Both the position numbers and the translations under genes were made by a program. This document shows, piece after piece, positions 1 to 8,724 of a stretch of DNA of 64,000 nucleotides. Position 1 is the first letter of the stretch. Each line of letters begins with the position of its first letter. The notes beneath the pieces are model-generated. The model worked only from the letters and a program-made list of their open reading frames with translations, was not told the DNA's origin and searched no databases. Location of the stretch: sequence record OM718002.1. The stretch is one strand, 5' to 3'.

Positions 1-570
1 ATGCAGCATCAAGTGGTACTTAGTTCAAAACCTGCTTCTCTTTATAATGAAGCATCCCTTATAGGTACAATGGCATGGGATGATTATAAAGGGATAAGTA
101 AAGCTAAAATTTATGAATATATTAATCTTAGCATGACCAAGTATATGTATCGTGTAGCGAATGCATATAAGAATAACATTAATATAAAACCAATAGTATT
201 GACTGCATTACGCCGTACATTCCTTGGTGAGACATTAAATACAGCTAATGTATATGTTTATGATAATAACTCCACATGGGGTAAACTATCACAACGTGTC
301 CAGAACGGACGACATGGTGATATTGTTATCTTTGCAGATACTTCTAAAGTTGTCCAGTATGATGAACTGGCTTCAACACCTGGCTGGTATGTAATGAAAG
401 ATCCAGGATTAGCTGATGTAACAGTAGCTAAACTAGTTCCATTCTTTGGAAATAACCGAGCTATTAAAAATAGGTTAAAGACTGGTGACATTCTTGATGA
501 GACCACTGGTCAACCAATTTCTTTCCATGCTAATTGGAAAATAGAAAATGATAAACTTGTAAAAGTTTAA
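1..570 (+). CDS. hypothetical phage protein (may be 5'-truncated at window edge)
   Basis: 189-aa ORF open from base 1 to TAA at 568-570, followed by a conserved hairpin; no recognisable motif. Confidence 0.75.
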   Translation: MQHQVVLSSKPASLYNEASLIGTMAWDDYKGISKAKIYEYINLSMTKYMYRVANAYKNNINIKPIVLTALRRTFLGETLNTANVYVYDNNSTWGKLSQRVQNGRHGDIVIFADTSKVVQYDELASTPGWYVMKDPGLADVTVAKLVPFFGNNRAIKNRLKTGDILDETTGQPISFHANWKIENDKLVKV

Positions 571-573
571 CGG

Positions 574-605
574 CATAAGCCCTCCCGCAATGGGAGGGCA
601 TTATG
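574..605. terminator. bidirectional palindromic terminator (family A)
   Basis: CATAA-GCCCTCCC-gcaat-GGGAGGGC-A-TTATG between convergent ORFs 1..570(+) and 611..1270(-). Confidence 0.85.
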
Positions 606-610
606 TTGTT

Positions 611-1270
611 TTAACCACGCGTTATATTAAATAACCGTCTTTTCTGATCAAGTAATAAAATAGCGCTTGTGGTAATTTTAATGTTAAACCTACGTTTAGC
701 TAAACTCTGAGCTACTAGTTCAATAGCATCAACTAGATCGATTGATTCTATATCACCTGTATTTTTAGATTTACTAATTGGTTTACTAAGAATTTTCCAT
801 CCCTTAGTAAAATTACTAGCTGACGGCTTTTGACCTATCTTGCTACGAAAAAATAGTCCAACTAATTTACTAGCTAGTTCACGTGGATCATTAAAATCTG
901 TTTCTGGTGAATGTAAGGTAATATTACTGTTTGCCAGGAATTCATGGTTCTCCGCACGATCCTCGATGGTTTTAGCACGTGGATCAAAATCCCAACAATT
1001 AACAGTTATATTTACGTCATTACCATTACGACGTAGATCAATACATCTAATGAAATCAGTCATATCAAACTTACGTTCAACATCACGCATGTCATTAGCA
1101 ATCTTCTCTAATTCATCGTTATCAGTAATACCAACTTGCTTAGTAATATCAAAAGTCAAATCGGCTAAAACGGATTGAGGAAAACTGGTTGCGATCAGCA
1201 AACGCAGTACGATTTCTGGACGACTTTTTCTATCTTTGTCGCCTGACATCTTCTCAAAGGTATTAGTCAT
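611..1270 (-). CDS. hypothetical protein (219 aa)
   Basis: Long ORF in minus-strand gene run; no motif recognised. Confidence 0.8.
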   Translation of the reverse strand: MTNTFEKMSGDKDRKSRPEIVLRLLIATSFPQSVLADLTFDITKQVGITDNDELEKIANDMRDVERKFDMTDFIRCIDLRRNGNDVNITVNCWDFDPRAKTIEDRAENHEFLANSNITLHSPETDFNDPRELASKLVGLFFRSKIGQKPSASNFTKGWKILSKPISKSKNTGDIESIDLVDAIELVAQSLAKRRFNIKITTSAILLLDQKRRLFNITRG

Positions 1271-1289
1271 GATGGCTATCCCAAAAAGG

Positions 1290-1721
1290 TTAGTTCACAC
1301 CATTTAAACGCTCCCAGTCATCTAGGGTTGCACGAGCATCAAATAGTGCGTTGTGAAGCATTTTAGAACCTTTTCCACTTAGCTCATGATTTAATTCAAA
1401 TATAGTTGGTAACTCAACAACTTGTTTACCTTTACCCATATCCATAGCTTTACCAGTGTAAACCATATCGTTAACATGATTAGCTATAAAATGTAATCGA
1501 GCAAACTGACCAAGAAACTTGGCTAGTCTATCATGGAATTCTTCTAAAGAGATTGGTTCTTTTTGAAGAATAGGAATAACGTTTTCTTTAACCCATTCAT
1601 CTTCAATATTGTCATATGGTAGAACTTCGTAGAATTCACAACGTCGATCTTCACTAACAATACCGAGTGAAATAAGAGTACCAGTAGGCGTATCAAATTC
1701 TGTATCAACAAAAAGTAACAT
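1290..1721 (-). CDS. DEDDh 3'-5' exo(ribo)nuclease-like protein (Rv2179c/DUF5051-like)
   Basis: ExoI motif FVDTEF at N-terminus, LISLGIV strand, ExoIII motif HNALFDA near C-terminus. Confidence 0.8.
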   Translation of the reverse strand: MLLFVDTEFDTPTGTLISLGIVSEDRRCEFYEVLPYDNIEDEWVKENVIPILQKEPISLEEFHDRLAKFLGQFARLHFIANHVNDMVYTGKAMDMGKGKQVVELPTIFELNHELSGKGSKMLHNALFDARATLDDWERLNGVN

Positions 1722-1777
1722 AGTAGTTTTCCTTATACGAAAGTCTTATCATAACAATAATGCACTTACGTCAAAAA

Positions 1778-1800
1778 GAGAGAACCATGGCGGTTCTCTC
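1778..1800 (-). terminator. intrinsic terminator
   Basis: GAGAGAACC-atggc-GGTTCTCTC, 9-bp stem, minus-strand TTTTT tail, just after ORF ending 1812. Confidence 0.8.
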
Positions 1801-1811
1801 CTATAAAAGTA

Positions 1812-2300
1812 TTAGACTTTTAGTCCACGAATATTGAAGATTATTTGACAAGCTGCAATTATTCTATTTCTAGAAATCTTTACAGGAATTTTGTAGTGGT
1901 TGAGTACAGCTTTAGGATTCTCAACACTCATCAATTCTTTAAGTAATTCGTCGCTAATTTTATTATGTGTCAGGACAAAGGTTGCGACATCGTGGTCCCA
2001 GCATCGTTTTATTGCACTACAAGCACGAATATACTTCTCGGCTAATTCGGGGCTAAAATCTAATGCTTCTAGCCATCTTTTGCGACCAGCAGTGTAAATC
2101 ACTCGTGTACGAGTATTCGATGGGACAGCTACAATGTAGCCTGTACCTGGTGTCCTACGCTCTTCAATAGGTCTGATATTCCAATCACCAATCGTCCTAA
2201 TTAGTGTAGATAAATCATCATTAGCACCATAGTAGCCAATAGGTAAACCTAAACTTACTTGTGTATCTATTTGGTCTACAGTTTGATGTGTAATAACCAT
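1812..2300 (-). CDS. hypothetical protein (162 aa)
   Basis: ORF bounded by terminators on both sides. Confidence 0.8.
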   Translation of the reverse strand: MVITHQTVDQIDTQVSLGLPIGYYGANDDLSTLIRTIGDWNIRPIEERRTPGTGYIVAVPSNTRTRVIYTAGRKRWLEALDFSPELAEKYIRACSAIKRCWDHDVATFVLTHNKISDELLKELMSVENPKAVLNHYKIPVKISRNRIIAACQIIFNIRGLKV

Positions 2301-2410
2301 TGTAGTTCTCTTCCCAATAGGGTTTTATAAACTTCCACAAGACTAAACTCCATTATAGCCCTATCAGATTGGGTAATAAAACTTAATAAAAAAAAAATAT
2401 TAAACATAAA

Positions 2411-2432
2411 ACCCTCTCCCGAAGGAGAGGGT
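2411..2432 (-). terminator. intrinsic terminator, C(UUCG)G tetraloop (family B)
   Basis: Minus strand ACCCTCTCC-TTCG-GGAGAGGGT-TTTATG after ORF ending 2444. Confidence 0.85.
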
Positions 2433-2443
2433 AATATATAACT

Positions 2444-2806
2444 TTATCCATACATCACGAAAGGTACTTCGTAAACAATTAGATAAGTATACATTAGTTT
2501 AAAACCAATGTGTAACCACTGATCTTGATTAAATGTAATTTTATTATCACATTTTAAATAATCAATAATGCAGTGAGAAATTGTTTCAATAAGTCCTAAA
2601 ACTAATGAACCAGTAATGAAATAAACTGCGCCACCATGCATGAAGCTGTGTGCAGGTAATACCCATTTCCAATATAGTGAACCTAGTTCAGTAGTATGAT
2701 TTTTAGCCTTTGCAATGAAATCATTTTGCAATGAAAAATCAAAGATGAAGTGCGCTACAATTAAACCAAAGAATAATGCCATTGAGTTGACACTGATTAA
2801 TTCCAT
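2444..2806 (-). CDS. DUF3307-like integral membrane protein
   Basis: Several hydrophobic helices with AHFIFDFSLQ, HSFMHG, SHCIIDYLK and DQWLH motifs typical of DUF3307. Confidence 0.75.
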   Translation of the reverse strand: MELISVNSMALFFGLIVAHFIFDFSLQNDFIAKAKNHTTELGSLYWKWVLPAHSFMHGGAVYFITGSLVLGLIETISHCIIDYLKCDNKITFNQDQWLHIGFKLMYTYLIVYEVPFVMYG

Positions 2807-2817
2807 TTTATTTCCGC

Positions 2818-3180
2818 CTAGAAAGGTATTTCATCTTCAACAATGTGTGAATAGTCGATATTATGTTTTTCACATAATTCTTTAAATTTATCTATTTTGG
2901 TCATAGCCTCTAATAAATCATTATGTAATTTATTTTTATAATTCTTACCAAAATCAGCAGGGTCAAATACAGATTTATAATAGGCATATATTTCAGAATA
3001 TTCTTTCTTTAAAATATCAATAACTACTGGATCATTACCATCACCAAGATAACTAATCAGATGACATAAATCATAGTTTTGACGACGAGCTGCTTTTAAG
3101 ATAAGTTCATTAATTTCAATTAATTCAGACTTATTACATCGCCTTCTTTTTATAGATCGAGTGATTTTATTAAATATCAT
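2818..3180 (-). CDS. hypothetical protein (120 aa)
   Basis: Tightly packed ORF; C-terminal EDEIPF resembles an SSB-type acidic tail. Confidence 0.75.
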   Translation of the reverse strand: MIFNKITRSIKRRRCNKSELIEINELILKAARRQNYDLCHLISYLGDGNDPVVIDILKKEYSEIYAYYKSVFDPADFGKNYKNKLHNDLLEAMTKIDKFKELCEKHNIDYSHIVEDEIPF

Positions 3181-3181
3181 A

Positions 3182-3556
3182 TTAAGTTATCCCTAACCAT
3201 TGTAGATAACCACTATCACTTAATCCACGATAATAATCATCTTTATTTTTACGTAAATAACAATAAACTATTTTACCCATTAATTGATAGTTAGCTTCAT
3301 TATCAAAGGTAAATTCTTTTTCTAATCTATTATTACTATCCACTAATGAGATTACTACATTACCGTAACGTACTGTTAATTTAACTGTACGAGTAGAGTC
3401 GGTATCATGAAAGATATAAGTCAACCCATAATTCAACTCATTATTTAATACTTGAATACTAGTAGATCTATTAGATTTAATCTGAAGTGGATGCTCAACA
3501 ATCGCCTTGAATGCTTTATTGCATAAGAGAATATTTTGTATTTTTAATGAATCCAT
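3182..3556 (-). CDS. hypothetical protein (124 aa)
   Basis: Tightly packed ORF (1 bp from next gene). Confidence 0.75.
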   Translation of the reverse strand: MDSLKIQNILLCNKAFKAIVEHPLQIKSNRSTSIQVLNNELNYGLTYIFHDTDSTRTVKLTVRYGNVVISLVDSNNRLEKEFTFDNEANYQLMGKIVYCYLRKNKDDYYRGLSDSGYLQWLGIT

Positions 3557-3632
3557 GACATTACCTGACTTTGTATTTATAATTTACCTATATCAAATTA
3601 GAAGTAGGCAATAATGAGCTGACCCAGTAGTC

Positions 3633-3676
3633 TTCAATCTCAGCCTAATTGGATCAGTGTTTAGACTGAGATTGAA
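3633..3676 (-). other. long intergenic RNA hairpin (16-bp stem)
   Basis: Minus strand TTCAATCTCAGTCTAA-12 nt-TTAGGCTGAGATTGAA with one G:U pair; no U-tail. Confidence 0.65.
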
Positions 3677-3711
3677 TATTAAGCTGTAGTGGTACTTTAA
3701 TCAATGATGTA

Positions 3712-4068
3712 TTATGGATTTCCGGCAAGCCAGCTTACTGCACATATTGCTGCCTCATCAAATTGATTCAATGAGAATTTGGTTATCCGAACAGCCTGTG
3801 CCATATTAAGAACTTTAAATTCACTATCACCAGACTCAATATGAGATATCATGCCAAGATGATCATTGCTGGTATCATAAACTGCAATGCGGATATCCTT
3901 GCCTCTCTCAACCACATATGCAATAGATCGTTTTGTTACAGGGTTATCGATGACATTAACTGTTTCACGCAATGTAGCGTCAATCCGGGATGCATTAATA
4001 TGAATGCTAATTGCATTCAGCAAATGATGCTCAATCTGTCGCCCTGTTTCAAGAGTTAGAGAACCCAT
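3712..4068 (-). CDS. hypothetical protein (118 aa)
   Basis: ORF with AAGGAG RBS upstream. Confidence 0.8.
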   Translation of the reverse strand: MGSLTLETGRQIEHHLLNAISIHINASRIDATLRETVNVIDNPVTKRSIAYVVERGKDIRIAVYDTSNDHLGMISHIESGDSEFKVLNMAQAVRITKFSLNQFDEAAICAVSWLAGNP

Positions 4069-4080
4069 TATAATCTCCTT

Positions 4081-4443
4081 TTAGAATCCAAGATAATCAA
4101 AGAATCCATGGTAATCGAATGTGCGTGTTGGGATACTTGTATCCGAAAAGAACGTATTTATTTGTTTGGCTAATTCAGTGTAGTAATGTGAATTATATTT
4201 GTTGATCTTAGTAACCATCTTCTCATCAAAGAGATAGGTTACACGCATATTCAGTGGTTTAACTACATTGATCTCAATAACTACCTTACGAACCATATCC
4301 TCAGATAAGAGTATACACTTAGCGTCACATGGTGAAACCTCTATTTTAATACCTACACAAGGCTTGAGGTTATCGTGATATTTCGTGAGTTCCTCTAATA
4401 CAGCATCCATAGTTTGGATGAGCTTTATATTGGTAATGTTCAT
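4081..4443 (-). CDS. hypothetical protein (120 aa)
   Basis: Start overlaps upstream stop (TAATG coupling at 4443). Confidence 0.8.
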   Translation of the reverse strand: MNITNIKLIQTMDAVLEELTKYHDNLKPCVGIKIEVSPCDAKCILLSEDMVRKVVIEINVVKPLNMRVTYLFDEKMVTKINKYNSHYYTELAKQINTFFSDTSIPTRTFDYHGFFDYLGF

Positions 4444-5180
4444 TACAGCCCCTCGTAAATATCCTTTCGTTTTGGATTGATGCCTGCAACCTTACCTTTA
4501 TCATTATTGATGTAACAAAGGAATTCATCGCAAGTGGTGGTCTTTACAAATGGGATAATTTGAATGAGTTCTAGTAAAGTATATTCTTTACCAAAGTATT
4601 TACACATTTGTGTAAGTTGACTACACACTACATTATAAAAGCCCCTAGTATTTTGTAGTGTAAGATACTCACCATCAATCACTCTATCATTATTTACCAT
4701 ATATACATCACGAATAGGATAAGTGTCTTTTAAGGGACCATTGCCAAATTTGACACCATGTACCCCATTAGGTCCATTTAGTAAATAGTATCCAGTTGGT
4801 ACTGACCAATAAGTAGTTCCTTTAAATCCCAATAGATGTCCATATGGTTCATGATAATCGGATGTATAGCACTGATCATCCTCACAGATAACCTCCTGGT
4901 ACATCGAGTATTCAACAGGTAGTTGTTTAGTTGGATCACTAGGGTGAACCACCAATATTATTGAATTTTCTGGATAACTGGTCCAACCGCAACTACCCAG
5001 TTTGGATTGCTTATTGAAATTACATGGAGCAATTCGCGGAGTATGATTAGAGTAGAATAATGGTACTCCATAAAAAGCAAGTGGTTCGTAATTAACACTA
5101 GCTTTAGTATACATGCCAATACTAATCAGAAATACTGCACAGAATATACGCATCGATAATTTAAACATCAGTGCATCCAC
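4443..5180 (-). CDS. putative secreted/periplasmic cysteine-containing protein
   Basis: N-terminal basic + hydrophobic segment (KLSMRIFCAVFLISIGMYTKA), paired Cys motifs CEDDQC, CSQLTQMC, CDEFLC. Confidence 0.75.
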   Translation of the reverse strand: MDALMFKLSMRIFCAVFLISIGMYTKASVNYEPLAFYGVPLFYSNHTPRIAPCNFNKQSKLGSCGWTSYPENSIILVVHPSDPTKQLPVEYSMYQEVICEDDQCYTSDYHEPYGHLLGFKGTTYWSVPTGYYLLNGPNGVHGVKFGNGPLKDTYPIRDVYMVNNDRVIDGEYLTLQNTRGFYNVVCSQLTQMCKYFGKEYTLLELIQIIPFVKTTTCDEFLCYINNDKGKVAGINPKRKDIYEGL

Positions 5181-5952
5181 CCTCGGTTTCCTTAATTGCT
5201 AATTTTACTAATACACTTACCCATGCGCCTTCATCGAGTAGCCAACCAGCTGCACCCGTGCCATGCTCGGCAAATCCAAGACTATCTAAATAATGTAGCA
5301 TGAATGTAGTCGGACCAAATCCATATTTCTTATCACATTCATTACGTTTAGAAATATTCCACCCTTGGCGATATATATCCAATACATCATCAATATACTG
5401 CAATTCTGCTTCTGGATGACCACAACCACACAGGTTTAATAATTTGCGTGTAATGGTATTGCATGTATCACTATATTCTTTTTCATTATAATCAATGAAA
5501 GTGCCTTCCCGTTTGAATAGTTGCTTATCGGATGTTAAATCATTAAAATGACCAGGGTAATCTTGAGATGGAAGTGCACCTAGTGCCATTAGTATAATAA
5601 CACGCGGATCTTTACGCTCAACTGATTCAATGAGTACTTTAAAGTTGAGTTCTCGTTGTACCACATTGTTATCAATGTTGATATTATTCAGAAGAATGTC
5701 CATAGCTTCTTGACCATGCCAACTACGGAGGTTAGGTTGATTATTAGTATAACCAGTGATGGTCAATTGGTTAGCTGTGTTTGATTTACCAACAGTAACA
5801 TGTAAGTAATAAGGGCATTGTTCTAATTTATCAGCAATACCAGTTGAAGATTTGTTACCCTCAAGTAGTCCAACATCACCATGGCCGATGTACAAACAGA
5901 TACCTTCTGTAGAAGGTTGAGTAGTATAGTTAAAGTTCAAGGATTTAAACAT
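5161..5952 (-). CDS. hypothetical two-domain protein with C-terminal CGCGxPE ... EHG motif domain
   Basis: 263-aa ORF; LNLCGCGHPE and LDSLGFAEHGTGAAGWLLDEG. Confidence 0.8.
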   Translation of the reverse strand: MFKSLNFNYTTQPSTEGICLYIGHGDVGLLEGNKSSTGIADKLEQCPYYLHVTVGKSNTANQLTITGYTNNQPNLRSWHGQEAMDILLNNINIDNNVVQRELNFKVLIESVERKDPRVIILMALGALPSQDYPGHFNDLTSDKQLFKREGTFIDYNEKEYSDTCNTITRKLLNLCGCGHPEAELQYIDDVLDIYRQGWNISKRNECDKKYGFGPTTFMLHYLDSLGFAEHGTGAAGWLLDEGAWVSVLVKLAIKETEGGCTDV

Positions 5953-5979
5953 ACTCTTTCCTTTATTATAAAAGATTAG

Positions 5980-6420
5980 TTATTTACCATTTATATAAAG
6001 ATTAAATGGACATTGACACATGAATTCTGCATTCAGAATACTTTCGATATTGTAACTAATGGATTTATCAGTGATGATGTTGATATCTAAATACCATGTC
6101 TTAGTATTTTGAGTAACTAGTCTGTATTCAATGTCAATACTAAAACCTGGTGCATCGACTGGGTCATTATCTCCTTCATTTTGATAAATAAAGTGTGAAG
6201 ATAAAGTATACCTTACTTTAATATATTCATCTGGTTTTATAACTTTTAAAGGGGTATTGAAATGTGAAACAAAACCATGATAATTAAATTCCTTGTCCCT
6301 AATGTCGATAACTTTAGGGGTAACCGATATATAGGCTGGCCATTGTGGTAAATCTAGTTCACCATGTTTAGATTGGTCTTTATCAACAATATGGAAAGCT
6401 CTAACAATCCTATTAAACAT
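5980..6420 (-). CDS. hypothetical protein (146 aa)
   Basis: ORF with AAGG RBS upstream. Confidence 0.8.
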   Translation of the reverse strand: MFNRIVRAFHIVDKDQSKHGELDLPQWPAYISVTPKVIDIRDKEFNYHGFVSHFNTPLKVIKPDEYIKVRYTLSSHFIYQNEGDNDPVDAPGFSIDIEYRLVTQNTKTWYLDINIITDKSISYNIESILNAEFMCQCPFNLYINGK

Positions 6421-6453
6421 TTAATATACCTTTTAACAAAAAAATTATAAAGA

Positions 6454-6476
6454 AGAGTCCCCATAATGGGGACTCT
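6454..6476 (-). terminator. intrinsic terminator
   Basis: AGAGTCCCC-ataat-GGGGACTCT with T-rich minus-strand tail. Confidence 0.85.
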
Positions 6477-6489
6477 ATTATATCGTGTT

Positions 6490-6741
6490 TTATTTTTTAT
6501 CGCGGCTAGATGGAGCTAGCTTATAGAACTTCCGGAATTTATTAATAGACAATGTAAATGAATCTTCCCTACCATCTGGATAACCGAGATAAACATCACG
6601 TCGAGATAGTTTAATTAGCTTATGTGCAGTTGATACGCCATTTCGCTCAACTAAAAAAGTGCGACCAATATAAGCTTCTAGATTATCAAGCTCAGTTGCA
6701 GGAATATATTTAGATTCTTTCAGAGTCAGGGTAGTGCTCAT
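6490..6741 (-). CDS. hypothetical small protein (83 aa)
   Basis: ORF between tmk and terminator. Confidence 0.75.
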   Translation of the reverse strand: MSTTLTLKESKYIPATELDNLEAYIGRTFLVERNGVSTAHKLIKLSRRDVYLGYPDGREDSFTLSINKFRKFYKLAPSSRDKK

Positions 6742-6778
6742 TTAATTTCTTCACCAGTTACGAAGTAATAAATTAATT

Positions 6779-7840
6779 TTATTTCCAGAGTGTTTTACCA
6801 ATTAGATCATTTTCCGCAATGAATGCATCTAATTGATGTCCATAGTAAAGTAAACTATGAATTTGTTGATTTAGTCGTTCTTTATTTGAACCTAAGAACA
6901 TCTTGTGCTTCTCACCATCAGGTAGTTGATCGTAAACTCGTTGGCAGTACTTCTGTGCCACAACCTTACCAGATGCAAGGAAACGCTCATCACCTTCGAA
7001 TAACTGAGGGATAATATTTTCATCAAGATACTTACTGATTTCAGTATCTAGATCAAAATGTAAATCACAGTCAGATACTTCTACAGGATTTTCCTGCTGT
7101 GCATCATTCCATGGGATGTCCGAACTTTCACTATTGCTATCATATTCACTATTACTTGAGGATGTGTCAGATAGCTGCTCATCAAAAGATGATTGTTTAT
7201 TCTTTTGTTTTTCACGCAAGAAGATAATCGATTCAACAATTTCATTAACAATGACATCTAGACCACGATTAGCATCGACCGTAATAGAACTAGGTTGATT
7301 GATAAGTCGTTCAAAACCTTTATCAACCTTATCGAAGTAATCGGATCCTTTAGATTCATAATAATCAAGGCGCCTATTACTTTTCTTAATTCGTTCTTCA
7401 CGTACTTCTTTAGGTGCAGTCAGGAAGAAGGTAGCTGGCTCTGGGATAGAGTGTAAGGTTCCTTGAAGGATATCCATAAACAATTTTGATAGATATGGAT
7501 TAGTTTCTTCGAAAGGATACACATTTAGAGCATATGTCGATGCAATGAATCGCTCGGTAATAACAATCTTATCTTCTTTAAGAGCAGGTAAGATGATATT
7601 CTCTACATTCATCACTCTATATGCACTATGCATCAGTACATCAAATTCCGGTGGTCGAACATCATTGTGTTTAGGCCAAATCAGCATTTGTCGGATTTCT
7701 TCTGATGTATTTGTACCGCCAGGTTCACGTAGTGTTACGACATCATATCCACGTTTAAGAAGCTCCGCAACAACCATTTTTGTAACGGTCGTTTTACCGA
7801 CACCTTCATTCCCTTCAATACTTACAAATAAACCATTCAT
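6779..7840 (-). CDS. tmk: thymidylate kinase with long acidic C-terminal extension (phiKZ gp188-like)
   Basis: P-loop GNEGVGKTT, REPGGT, ITERFIASTYA, RRLDYYE lid motifs. Confidence 0.95.
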   Translation of the reverse strand: MNGLFVSIEGNEGVGKTTVTKMVVAELLKRGYDVVTLREPGGTNTSEEIRQMLIWPKHNDVRPPEFDVLMHSAYRVMNVENIILPALKEDKIVITERFIASTYALNVYPFEETNPYLSKLFMDILQGTLHSIPEPATFFLTAPKEVREERIKKSNRRLDYYESKGSDYFDKVDKGFERLINQPSSITVDANRGLDVIVNEIVESIIFLREKQKNKQSSFDEQLSDTSSSNSEYDSNSESSDIPWNDAQQENPVEVSDCDLHFDLDTEISKYLDENIIPQLFEGDERFLASGKVVAQKYCQRVYDQLPDGEKHKMFLGSNKERLNQQIHSLLYYGHQLDAFIAENDLIGKTLWK

Positions 7841-8172
7841 TACTGATCCTTCATCTTAAATTCAATTATTGCTTCAACGTTATCTTTTAAATCTTGTTGC
7901 GATAATTTTAATGAAGCCCTATAACCTAAGCTATATAGAACGTCAACTAATGCATCAATGCTTAGAGCTGGTAAATTACACATTTTAATATTTTCACTAA
8001 GTTCATCAGAGATACCTAGTTTAGTGAAAACATCGTCAATCAATACTTTTTGAGAAATGGCTTTTTGTCGAACAGTTTGTACAATTACAATAACTAGATT
8101 AGATTTGATATCGTTAGAATGTGATTTTTTATTATCACCATAAACTTCTTTAAATAAATTCTGATCCGCCAT
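7840..8172 (-). CDS. XRE-family helix-turn-helix protein (HigA2/HTH_37-like)
   Basis: Pattern K.NL...I...V....ISQ...LGIS...S.......SIDALVDVLYSLGYRASL matches the XRE/HTH_37 profile as I recall it; coupled to tmk (TAATG-type overlap). Confidence 0.65.
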   Translation of the reverse strand: MADQNLFKEVYGDNKKSHSNDIKSNLVIVIVQTVRQKAISQKVLIDDVFTKLGISDELSENIKMCNLPALSIDALVDVLYSLGYRASLKLSQQDLKDNVEAIIEFKMKDQ

Positions 8173-8235
8173 GATACCTAATTCCTTAAATTATTAAAAT
8201 GTATTATTTAACCATTAAACTTTTTAATATAAAAT

Positions 8236-8262
8236 GACCAGTGGGTACATTACCCACTGATC
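8236..8262 (-). terminator. intrinsic terminator
   Basis: Minus strand GATCAGTGGGTA-atg-TACCCACTGGTC (G:U pair) followed by ATTTT. Confidence 0.8.
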
Positions 8263-8289
8263 TTATTATATTGACATAGCTAGTATATA

Positions 8290-8694
8290 TTAGCTATTGA
8301 CATCTTCAAAGAAGCTGGCTACACTTTCAACAACATCATTCATAGCGCTGCTCTTATATTTGGTATCTACCACCGTAACAAGCTCGCCTTTACGATCGAT
8401 AATACCAGAAACAGTTGCACCACCTGCATTATAGGAATAACCCAGTTCAGCAATGTTTTCATTTTCTTTCATGTACGGTGCAGCTTTTTCAGCAAATACA
8501 TAACTTACAGCTGCTGCCAGTTGCCCTGCACCTTCATGTACCTGAGCATACTGCTCGGCGGTCACGCCTGCCGGTTGTAGAACAACTTCTTCAAATAGAC
8601 CATCCGGGATTTCGAATACCCCGGCATCGGACATGCTTACTTTTTCATTTAGGTTGTGAGTTTCGATAAACTTCTTGGTGGTTTCGATGGACAT
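8290..8694 (-). CDS. hypothetical acidic protein (134 aa)
   Basis: ORF with AGAGAG RBS and its own terminator. Confidence 0.85.
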   Translation of the reverse strand: MSIETTKKFIETHNLNEKVSMSDAGVFEIPDGLFEEVVLQPAGVTAEQYAQVHEGAGQLAAAVSYVFAEKAAPYMKENENIAELGYSYNAGGATVSGIIDRKGELVTVVDTKYKSSAMNDVVESVASFFEDVNS

Positions 8695-8724
8695 TTTAGT
8701 ACTCTCTCTATTTAGGGTGGTGGT

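Noticed and set aside
2431-2438. Exact TATATTAC (minus strand) as an early promoter
   Set aside because: Lacks the upstream A-tract/AAGAT element of the three accepted promoters and forms the 5' flank of a terminator hairpin
2818-3180. C-terminal EDEIPF as evidence for a single-stranded DNA-binding protein
   Set aside because: The rest of the protein looks helical with no OB-fold pattern; the tail alone is insufficient
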